Assembly (NCBI GenBank): GCA_046260395.1
Contig: JBHEPH010000007.1
Span: 163 to 64,162, forward strand
DNA from: Gemmatimonadales bacterium
Lineage (GTDB): Bacteria; Gemmatimonadota; Gemmatimonadetes; Gemmatimonadales; GWC2-71-9
Direction of reading: 5' to 3'
DNA: 64,000 bases
The stretch's first letter is position 1. Each line of letters starts with the position of its first letter. The notes under the pieces are model-generated. The model saw nothing but the letters and a program-made list of their open reading frames with translations, was not told the origin of the DNA and made no database searches. The position numbers were made by a program, and so were the translations under genes. Of this stretch, positions 27,671-35,463 are shown in pieces.

Positions 27671-29827
27671 TTAGTCCCGGGCGAAGGGATATCGCTCACC
27701 GCGTTCGATCTCCCGCCGGATGGCCTCCGCCACCGAGTCGGCCCGCACGGCGGTGGTCGTATCACCCAGCTGGCGGAAGGTGCTGGCGGCGCCGGCATAG
27801 ATGAGGGAGTAGAGCGACAGGATCGAGCTGCTCGGCACATCCACCCAGCCGCGCGAGCGTTCGCGCGCCACCGATTCCCAGCGGTAGACGTTCCAGAGCA
27901 GCTGCTCGGTGCGCTCCACATCGATGAAGCCCATCGAGGGGCTGAAGATCACCGAGCCATCCAGCGACAGCGGGTCGGACACCAGCCGCCGCACCAGCCC
28001 CTCGGTCACCAGGTGCTCGGTGAGCAGGAAGGTCTGGTCGGGGTAGCCCGCCGCACTCCAGGAAAAATAGATCGGCCGCTTGCCGAGGTTGTCACGGATC
28101 AGCATGAGGACGGCGAGGTCCTGCCGCAGCAGGACATCGGTCTCGATCGGCAGGTTGATCCCCCCGAACTGGAGACGTGCGCCGGGCGGCACCCGGTCGA
28201 ACTCGGGCAGGTTGGCCAGATCCTCCTCGCTCATCGCGAAGACCGGGTCGGTGGGTGCGGGCCAGCCCACCGCGGTGCTGTCGCCCAGGGGCCGGTCGGC
28301 CACGTCGGTGCGTGGTTGCCAGAGCGGGATCGAGCGCGCGGGCTCGAACGGGAAGATCTCCCGGCGCCGGATCTGCTTGAGGTGCCACTCGGTGTTCATG
28401 AGGGACAGGTTGGCCACGGTCACGTCGCGGCGCACCCCCTCCACCTCCTGGGCATACCAGAGCGGGAAGGTGTCGTTGTCGCCAGCGGTGATCAGGATCG
28501 CGTAGGGCTCCACCGACTCCAGCAGGTCGATGGCAAAGTCGCGGGCGATGCGTTCCCCCGCCCGGCTGGCGGTGCCGGCATTGCCCATGATCGGCAGCAG
28601 GACCAGCAGCAGCATCGGGCTGGCCATGGCCCAGCGTGTCGGTTCGGGGTGCCGCTCGCCCAGCTGGTCCACCACCCATTGCATCAGGGCGCCGAAGCCG
28701 AGTGCCACCAGGGCGCCAAAGTAGGCGAAGGAACAGATGAAGAAGTAGTCCCGCTCGCGGACCTCGCGCTGGAGTGACGCATCCGCGGGATGCATCGAGA
28801 AGCCGTACTTGAAGTTCAGGTAGTACACCAGGCCGATGGTCAGCGTGCCGAACAGGGTCAGCGCCGCGAGGCCGGCGCGGCGGTCCTTCTGGATCAGGGT
28901 GAACAGCCCGAACAGGCCAATCGCCGAGAAGAGCACGGTCAGGACGCGCGAGGCGTTCGGCCAGTCGCGGCCGAACTGCCAGCTCCAGTACTGGAAGTAG
29001 TTCAGGAACTGGGACCCGAGGTCCGCCTGGCGGTCCAGCACCGATCCCTTGCCGTACTGGGCCCGGCTGAGCACCTCGCCCAGGGCATTGCTGAAGAAGC
29101 CGACCGGCTCGCCCTCATTGATCGGCGGGAACTGTCCTGCCCGGATCGGCAGGAACAGGTAGTTGATCGAGATCCCGATCGCGATCGCCAGGACCACACC
29201 CAGCACCACGCGCCACCGGATGATCACCTGCCAGTCGGTCATCAGGATGTAGACGGCCACGGCCGGCACGGCGAGGACGCCCATCATGTGATTGGTGCTC
29301 GACAGCGCGGTGACGTAGGCGATCAGGATCACCCAGCGGTCGCGGTGGGCGCCCGGCCGGTCATCGGCCCAGTGCACGGCCAGCCACATCACCAGCGCCA
29401 TGGACAACAGTGAAACGGTGTACACCTTCTCATTGACCGTGGACTGGTTCCAGACCGTCCAGGCGGTGGCCCCGATCAGGATCCCGGCAAACGCCGCGGC
29501 CAGCCGCGCGCCCCGGTGGCGCACGAGGTTGCGCATCCAGCGCTCGGCAATCAGGAACCAGAGCCCGGCCGAGAGCGCGCTGGTGAGCGCGGCGAAGAGG
29601 TTGATGCGGGCGGCGTAATGCTCCACCACCGGGATCAATCCCCAGACATGCGCCAGCAGCACGAACAGCGGATTGCCCGGCGGGTGCGGGATGCCCAGCA
29701 CCTTGGCCGCCGCGATGTACTCGGAGGTGTCCCAGAAGGCCGTGGTGGGCCCCAGGGTGATGATATAGATGGCGAGCACCACGGCGGCGGCCGCTGCGGC
29801 CCAGCCGTAGGGGACCTTCTCATTCAT
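27671..29827 (-). CDS. DUF2723 / glycosyltransferase-39-like polytopic membrane protein
   Basis: N-terminus ITLGPTTAFWDTSEYIAAAKVLGIPHPPGNPLF is characteristic of DUF2723. Many TM helices. Start MNEKV at 29827 avoids translating the repeat. Confidence 0.85.
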   Translation of the reverse strand: MNEKVPYGWAAAAAAVVLAIYIITLGPTTAFWDTSEYIAAAKVLGIPHPPGNPLFVLLAHVWGLIPVVEHYAARINLFAALTSALSAGLWFLIAERWMRNLVRHRGARLAAAFAGILIGATAWTVWNQSTVNEKVYTVSLLSMALVMWLAVHWADDRPGAHRDRWVILIAYVTALSSTNHMMGVLAVPAVAVYILMTDWQVIIRWRVVLGVVLAIAIGISINYLFLPIRAGQFPPINEGEPVGFFSNALGEVLSRAQYGKGSVLDRQADLGSQFLNYFQYWSWQFGRDWPNASRVLTVLFSAIGLFGLFTLIQKDRRAGLAALTLFGTLTIGLVYYLNFKYGFSMHPADASLQREVRERDYFFICSFAYFGALVALGFGALMQWVVDQLGERHPEPTRWAMASPMLLLVLLPIMGNAGTASRAGERIARDFAIDLLESVEPYAILITAGDNDTFPLWYAQEVEGVRRDVTVANLSLMNTEWHLKQIRRREIFPFEPARSIPLWQPRTDVADRPLGDSTAVGWPAPTDPVFAMSEEDLANLPEFDRVPPGARLQFGGINLPIETDVLLRQDLAVLMLIRDNLGKRPIYFSWSAAGYPDQTFLLTEHLVTEGLVRRLVSDPLSLDGSVIFSPSMGFIDVERTEQLLWNVYRWESVARERSRGWVDVPSSSILSLYSLIYAGAASTFRQLGDTTTAVRADSVAEAIRREIERGERYPFARD

Positions 29828-29843
29828 ATGAGCCTCGAGACTC

Positions 29844-29953
29844 AGTAAGCAGTGAGCAGTAAGCAGTAAGCAGTGAGCAGGAGGCAATAAGTGGGAGGCC
29901 GTTGCGCCCTCAGCCTCCAGGACTGCTCACTGCTCACGGCTCACTGCTCACTT
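29844..29953. repeat. heptad purine-arm / pyrimidine-arm inverted repeat element
   Basis: The purine arm agtaagcagtgagcagtaagcagtaagcagtgagcaggagg is separated by a 38-nt spacer from the pyrimidine arm ctgctcactgctcacggctcactgctcactt. It fills the gap between the purH stop and the DUF2723 gene start. Confidence 0.9.
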
Positions 29954-29957
29954 CGGT

Positions 29958-31487
29958 TCAGTGCCGAAACATCCGCTTCCCTGTGAAGACCATCGCGATG
30001 CCCCGGGCGTCGGCGGCGGCGATCACCTCGGCGTCCCGCACGCTGCCGCCGGGCTGGATCACCGCGGTGATCCCGGCCTCGGCCGCCTGTTCCAGCCCGT
30101 CGGCAAAGGGGAAGAACGCGTCCGACGCGAGCGCGGCGCCGGCCAGGTCGTGCCCCTGCTGCCGCGCCTTGTGGATCGCCAGGAACACCGCGTCCACCCG
30201 GCTCATCTGGCCGGCGCCGATGCCGATGGCCATTTCATCGCGGGCTAGCAGGATGGCGTTCGACTTGACCGGCGCCACGGCAGCCCAGGCAAAGCGCAGG
30301 TTATCGAGTTCCTCGTCGGTCGGGCGCCGTGCGGTGGGCACGGTCCACTCCGCCTCGCTCGGGTCGAACTGGAAGCGATCCTGGATCAGGAACCCGCCGC
30401 GCACGCGTTTCCAGTCGCGGGTGCCGGCGCCGCTGCCCACCGGCAGTTCCACCACCCGGAGATTCTTGCGCGCGGCGAACACCCCGAGCGCCTCCTCATT
30501 CACCGACGGCGCCACCACCACCTCCACGAAGAGGTCGCCGAGCGCCTCGGCCGTGGCGCGATCCACCACCGTGTTGAAGGCGATGACCGACCCGAACGCC
30601 GAGACCGGATCGGTGGCCAGGGCCCGCTGGAACGCGTCGGTGGCGGTGCGGCCGAGGGCGATCCCGCAGGGGGTGGTATGCTTGATGATGGCGCAGGCGA
30701 TCTCCTCGCCGAACGGATCGATGGCGAGCATCGCTCCTTCGAGGTCCAACAGATTGTTGAACGAGAGTTCCTTGCCGCCGTGTTGCTTGAGCGCGCCCAA
30801 GCCGAGTCCCGCGCGCTCGACATAGAAGGCCGCGGACTGGCCGGGGTTCTCGCCGTACCGCAGCGGTCGCATCTGTTCCAGCGCCAGGTTCATCTGTCGC
30901 GGCAGCCCGTCGGTGGGTTCGGTCAGGTAGCTGCTGATCGCCGAATCGTAGTCCGCGGTGTGGGTGAAGACCTTGGCTGCCAGCGCCCGGCGACAGGCGG
31001 ACGTGAGTGTGTCCTCGCGGATGGCGGTCAGGATGGTGGTATAGTCGCGGGGATCCACGACCGGCACCACGTGCTCGTGGTTCTTGGCCGCCGAACGCAG
31101 CATCGAGGGGCCGCCGATGTCGATGTTCTCGATGGCGTCGTCGAAGGTGACGCCGCTGGTCGCGATCGTCTCCTGGAAGGGATAGAGGTTGACCGCCACC
31201 AGGTCGAACGGCTCGATCCCGTGCGCCTCCATCGCCATCCGGTGCGTCGGATGATCCCGCCGGCCCAGCAGGCCGCCATGGATCGCCGGGTGGAGCGTCT
31301 TGACCCGCCCGTCGAGGATCTCCGGGAAGCCGGTGACCTCCTCGACCGGCGTCACGGGGATGCCGGCCTTGCGGAGTGCCGCTGCCGTGCCGCCGGTCGA
31401 AACGATCTCCCAGCCCAGGCCGACCAGCGCACGGCCGAATTCAACGATGCCACGTTTGTCGCTGACAGAGATCAGGGCGCGGGGCAT
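29958..31487 (-). CDS. purH: bifunctional AICAR formyltransferase / IMP cyclohydrolase
   Basis: MPRALISVSDKRGIVEFGRAL...TGGTA...LDGRVKTLHP. 509 aa from ATG 31487. The 650-aa listed ORF is an upstream extension over purN. Confidence 0.95.
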   Translation of the reverse strand: MPRALISVSDKRGIVEFGRALVGLGWEIVSTGGTAAALRKAGIPVTPVEEVTGFPEILDGRVKTLHPAIHGGLLGRRDHPTHRMAMEAHGIEPFDLVAVNLYPFQETIATSGVTFDDAIENIDIGGPSMLRSAAKNHEHVVPVVDPRDYTTILTAIREDTLTSACRRALAAKVFTHTADYDSAISSYLTEPTDGLPRQMNLALEQMRPLRYGENPGQSAAFYVERAGLGLGALKQHGGKELSFNNLLDLEGAMLAIDPFGEEIACAIIKHTTPCGIALGRTATDAFQRALATDPVSAFGSVIAFNTVVDRATAEALGDLFVEVVVAPSVNEEALGVFAARKNLRVVELPVGSGAGTRDWKRVRGGFLIQDRFQFDPSEAEWTVPTARRPTDEELDNLRFAWAAVAPVKSNAILLARDEMAIGIGAGQMSRVDAVFLAIHKARQQGHDLAGAALASDAFFPFADGLEQAAEAGITAVIQPGGSVRDAEVIAAADARGIAMVFTGKRMFRH

Positions 31488-32104
31488 GCAGGATCCTTCG
31501 TGGCCGCTGCGGAGGGCGGCAGGGTAAAGGGAACGGCGCGACCGGCCCGCGCGGCAGCGAGCACGGCGGCCGGCAGCAGCTGGTGTTCGGCTTCGAGCAC
31601 CCGGGCGGCCAGCCGCTCGGGGGTATCGCCCGCGCGGACCGGGACGCGCGCCTGACCCAGCACCGGGCCTTCGTCGTACGCCGCGGTGACCAGGTGCACC
31701 GTGGCGCCAGACTCGGGGTCGCCCGCGGCGAGCACCGCCTCGTGTACGCGGCGGCCGTACATGCCAGGGCCGCCATGACGCGGCAACAGCGCCGGGTGAA
31801 TGTTGATCATCCGGCCGGCATACGCCTGCACCACATCGGGGGGCACCAGGGCCAGGAAGCCCGCCAGTACCACCAGATCCACTCGATGGGAGGCCAGCAG
31901 CTCCAGCCATTCCTCGGCATCACCGGTCGCCGCCAGGACATGGGTCGCGATCCCCCGCTCCCGTGCCAGTGCCAGCCCCCCGGCCGCGGCCCGGTTGCTG
32001 ACCACCAGCACGACCTCGGCGGGAGCGCCCGGATCGAGCGACTCGAGCAGGGCGGCGAGGTTGCTGCCCCGGCCCGACACGCAGACGGCGACGCGTTGCA
32101 CCAT
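31472..32104 (-). CDS. purN: phosphoribosylglycinamide formyltransferase
   Basis: RVAVCVSGRGSNLAALLE ... NIHPALLP ... ATVH motifs. Overlaps the purH start by 16 nt. Confidence 0.93.
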   Translation of the reverse strand: MVQRVAVCVSGRGSNLAALLESLDPGAPAEVVLVVSNRAAAGGLALARERGIATHVLAATGDAEEWLELLASHRVDLVVLAGFLALVPPDVVQAYAGRMINIHPALLPRHGGPGMYGRRVHEAVLAAGDPESGATVHLVTAAYDEGPVLGQARVPVRAGDTPERLAARVLEAEHQLLPAAVLAAARAGRAVPFTLPPSAAATKDPACPAP

Positions 32105-32135
32105 AACCCCCGAATATAACCTGCGGGAGCCGGGT

Positions 32136-32675
32136 TCAGCCGAGGATCAGTTGTACGGCAGCCGCCAGGTCAGCCACAACCTCGAAGCCCTCCGAGCGGG
32201 CCTCCGCCGCATGAGCGTGGCCGTCACCGGTGAGGACCAGCACGCCCCGTCCCCCGAACTCGCGCGCCGGGAGGAGATCGGTGATCCGGTCCCCGATGCA
32301 CCACGCATGGTCCGGGGTCCGCCCAAGGGCCAGGGCGGCGGCACGGTGCCCCCCCGTGCCCGGCTTGCGGCATTCGCAGGGCGTGCCGACCTCCGGCGCG
32401 TGCGGGCACCAGGCGGTGTAGTCGAGGCGCGCCCCATCGGCCTCGAGCAGCTGTGCCATCCGGGTGGCCACCGCGGCGTACTCGGCCTCGGTGAGGATCC
32501 CCCGCGCAATGCCGGACTGGTTGGTCACCACCACGACGGGATGCCCGGCCTCGTTGAGCCGCGCGATCGCCCGGGCGGCGCCCGGCAGGAGCCGGACTCG
32601 CCCGGGATCCCGCACGTAGCCAGTGTCCTCGATGATGGTGCCGTCGCGGTCGAGGAAGACGATCGGCTGCGTCAC
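32136..32675 (-). CDS. gmhB: HAD-IIIA phosphatase, D,D-heptose 1,7-bisphosphate phosphatase-like
   Basis: FLDRDGTII (DxDGT). Zn motif CPHAPEVGTPCECRKP. VGD near the C-terminus. GTGA overlap with the selA stop. Confidence 0.75.
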   Translation of the reverse strand: MTQPIVFLDRDGTIIEDTGYVRDPGRVRLLPGAARAIARLNEAGHPVVVVTNQSGIARGILTEAEYAAVATRMAQLLEADGARLDYTAWCPHAPEVGTPCECRKPGTGGHRAAALALGRTPDHAWCIGDRITDLLPAREFGGRGVLVLTGDGHAHAAEARSEGFEVVADLAAAVQLILG

Positions 32676-34048
32676 CCGTCGCCTTCGAAGGCCGAGGCGA
32701 ATGCGGCCACCACGGCGGGGACATCCTCGTCCACCATGGTTCGCGGATCGAGCACCACGCGGCCATCGTGGACCCGTGCCACCACGGGTGTCGTTGCCAG
32801 CCGCAGTCGCAGGGCCAGACCGTCCGCACCGAGCGGCCCGGGGTCGAGCACGACCAGGGTGGTGGGCAGCTCCGCACCGGGGAATGAGCCGCCGCCGGGC
32901 GTGCTGTGCCCCGATTCAAGGGTTGGCGCCGTGGGGAGGCCCGGCACCGTGGACAGCAGGACGGCGAGTGACTCGGCGCGGGTTCGCAGCACTGCGGGAT
33001 CGCTGGTCAGCATCCGGAGCACCGGGATCTCCCGGCACGCGCGCGCAGGGTCCCGGTAGAGACTGAGCGTGGCCTCGAGGGCGGCCAGCGTCATCTTGTC
33101 GGCGCGCAGGGCGCGGGCGAGCGGGTTGCTGGCGCAACGCGTGATGAACCCGGACGCGCCGACGAGGCAGCCCGCCTGCGGCCCACCGAGGAGCTTGTCA
33201 CCACTGAAGAGCACCAGGCTTCCCCCGTCGCGGACGGCGTCGGTCACCCGTGGCTCCGAGGTCAGCCCCCAGGGGGAGAGATCCATGAGCAGGCCGCTGC
33301 CCACGTCATGAATGAACGGGATCCCGTGCGTCGCCGCGAGGGTGGCCAGCTCGCCCGGGGCTGGCGAGGTGACGAAGCCCCGCTGCTCGAAGTTGGAGCG
33401 ATGCACCACGAGGATGGCCCCGGTGGCCGGGCCGATCGCCTCGGCGTAGTCGCGCAGGTGGGTGCGATTGGTGGTACCCACCTCGCGCAGCTGCGCGCCA
33501 CTTCGGGCCAGGATGTCGGGGATCCGGAACGACCCGCCGATCTCGATCAGCTCACCACGCGAGAGGATCACCTCGCGGCCCTCCGCCAGGGCATTGAGGG
33601 CCAGCACCAGCGCGCCGGCGGCATTGTTCACCACCAGCGCATCCTCGGCGCCGCTCCGCTCGGCGAGCAGCGCGCGGCAGTGATCGTGCCGGCTCCCGCG
33701 CGCACCGCTGGGCAGGTCGAACTCCAGGGTGCTGTACCCCCGTGCCACGGCCGCGACCGCCTCGAGTGCCGCCGTCGCCAGCGGGGCGCGGCCCAGATTG
33801 GTGTGGAGTACCACGCCGGTGGCGTTGATGACATGGCGAAGGGAAGGGGCCGTGTGCGCCGCGGCCCGCTCGGCGATGGCCGCCACCCAATCGTCTGGCG
33901 GCGCCCGGTGTCCGGTGCGCACGAGTTCCAGGAGCTCACGGGTGGCGCTGACCACCACCGGGCGAGGATGTATGGCAAGCACCGGTGCCAGCGCGTCGAG
34001 CTGGAGGAGGCGATCGACGGAAGGCAGCCCTCGCCGCGGGTCGGTCAC
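32672..34048 (-). CDS. selA: L-seryl-tRNA(Sec) selenium transferase
   Basis: LPSVDRLL N-terminus, INATGVVLHTNLGRAPL and FSGDKLLGGPQAG (PLP-Lys). 458 aa. Confidence 0.88.
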   Translation of the reverse strand: MTDPRRGLPSVDRLLQLDALAPVLAIHPRPVVVSATRELLELVRTGHRAPPDDWVAAIAERAAAHTAPSLRHVINATGVVLHTNLGRAPLATAALEAVAAVARGYSTLEFDLPSGARGSRHDHCRALLAERSGAEDALVVNNAAGALVLALNALAEGREVILSRGELIEIGGSFRIPDILARSGAQLREVGTTNRTHLRDYAEAIGPATGAILVVHRSNFEQRGFVTSPAPGELATLAATHGIPFIHDVGSGLLMDLSPWGLTSEPRVTDAVRDGGSLVLFSGDKLLGGPQAGCLVGASGFITRCASNPLARALRADKMTLAALEATLSLYRDPARACREIPVLRMLTSDPAVLRTRAESLAVLLSTVPGLPTAPTLESGHSTPGGGSFPGAELPTTLVVLDPGPLGADGLALRLRLATTPVVARVHDGRVVLDPRTMVDEDVPAVVAAFASAFEGDG

Positions 34049-35463
34049 CGACGTCTCCAGAGCGCTCCGAGTCGTTGGCGCAGGGTGTCCGGTGGCGGGC
34101 GGACCGAATCGGGACGCACGGCCGCGGAGTCCGGCGCCACGGCGTTGGTGTCGGGCCGGACGGCCGCGGTGTCGGGGCGGGTGGTGGTATCTCGCGTGGG
34201 GGCAGGCGGCACGACCAGGACCAGGAGCGAGGTGGTGCTGGCGCCGCTGAGGTTGGCGAGACCGGTGGCCTCCACGACGTAGCGGCCGTCGGGAATCAGC
34301 ATCGTGTCGAGCCGCACGATCAGCCGGTCGCCCAGGGCCGGGCGGGTCGTGAGCGGCTCGACCTGCCGGGTGGGGCGCTCCTGGTCCGAACGGCGCACGA
34401 TCCCGCGCCGGGCATCCGCGGCGGCGCGCTCCGCGGCGACGCGTTCGACCCGAGCGAGGCTGTCGGCACGGGCCGAATCCCGCCGCTCCTGCACGATGCG
34501 CAGCGAATCGGCGCGCAAGGAGTCTTCGGCCGTCAGCAGCTCCGGGCGCCGGGCAAAGAGCGAGTCGTACACCGTCTGCACAAAGACCCCGACAACCGCC
34601 ACCGGGATCGAGTCGGGCAGAAGTAGCACCCGGATCGCCGTGCTGTCGTACGTTGCGCGTGGCGCCAGCATCTGGTTGAAGCTCAGGGTGATGGACACCG
34701 AATCGCGCCGCGCCACCGTCTGCAGTCGCGGCCCGGTGGAGTCGTGGCGGAACGCCCAGATCTCACCGACGGAATCCTGCCCGATCGCCACCCGGATTGA
34801 ATCGAACAGCTCGCGCGGCTCGATCCGCACGTTGCGATTCTGGTCGATGCCCCCGAACACCAGGTATTCGCCGGCGGGCAGCGGGCCGAACTCGAAGAAG
34901 CCGAGCGAGTCGGCCACCGAGCGGTAGACGAGGCTATCCGCCTCGCCCACTTGAAGCACCGCCTGCACGATGCCGCCGGGCTGCGGGCGGCGCGAGGTCC
35001 AGTCCACCACGCGACCCCGAAGGGTGGTGGTGGGTCGGTTGGCACCGGTCGTGAAGGTGATGACGGTGGGCGTCGTGGTCCGGTTGTTCTGCAGGTCGCT
35101 GAGCCCGGGGCGGAGCTCCACCCGGTACACGATGCCCTCGCGCCACCCCTCCCTGGGCTGCACGGTAATGCGGTTCCGCCGCCAGCGGATCTCGGGCACT
35201 TCATTGGAGGGGGAGAGGAGGACCAGCTGCTCCAGGGTGCCGGTGCCGAGTCCGAAGTTCGGCGCCGACCCCTCGGAGATCACCTCATTGAAGACAAACT
35301 CGACGTCACCCCGGAAGCCGGGAAGGACCGCGACCGTGTCGGGCCGGGTGGCGATCACGCGGGGTTCCTCGACGTCCACCGGCCCCCCGGGAGGGGGCGC
35401 CATCCGGGCGCACGCCAGGGCCAGGGTGGCGGCCAGGGCGACGCGGGCCCAGTCTCCGCTCAC
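34045..35463 (-). CDS. Ig-like (SbsA/Big_5-type) lipoprotein with Pro/Thr/Asp-rich repetitive C-terminus
   Basis: GTG 35463 forms a GTGA overlap with the valS stop. Lipobox ATLALAC. C-terminal repeats are RPDTAAVRPDTNAVAPDSAAVRPDS. Confidence 0.7.
   Translation of the reverse strand: MSGDWARVALAATLALACARMAPPPGGPVDVEEPRVIATRPDTVAVLPGFRGDVEFVFNEVISEGSAPNFGLGTGTLEQLVLLSPSNEVPEIRWRRNRITVQPREGWREGIVYRVELRPGLSDLQNNRTTTPTVITFTTGANRPTTTLRGRVVDWTSRRPQPGGIVQAVLQVGEADSLVYRSVADSLGFFEFGPLPAGEYLVFGGIDQNRNVRIEPRELFDSIRVAIGQDSVGEIWAFRHDSTGPRLQTVARRDSVSITLSFNQMLAPRATYDSTAIRVLLLPDSIPVAVVGVFVQTVYDSLFARRPELLTAEDSLRADSLRIVQERRDSARADSLARVERVAAERAAADARRGIVRRSDQERPTRQVEPLTTRPALGDRLIVRLDTMLIPDGRYVVEATGLANLSGASTTSLLVLVVPPAPTRDTTTRPDTAAVRPDTNAVAPDSAAVRPDSVRPPPDTLRQRLGALWRRR

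Noticed and set aside
29958-31910. 650-aa version of purH, and the 441-aa version of the 3-hydroxyacyl-CoA dehydrogenase gene (44272..45597).
   Set aside because: The upstream parts are Arg/Gly/Pro-rich and overlap purN and the CPBP gene respectively. The conserved N-termini MPRALISVSDKRG and [10 protein letters not shown] mark the real starts.
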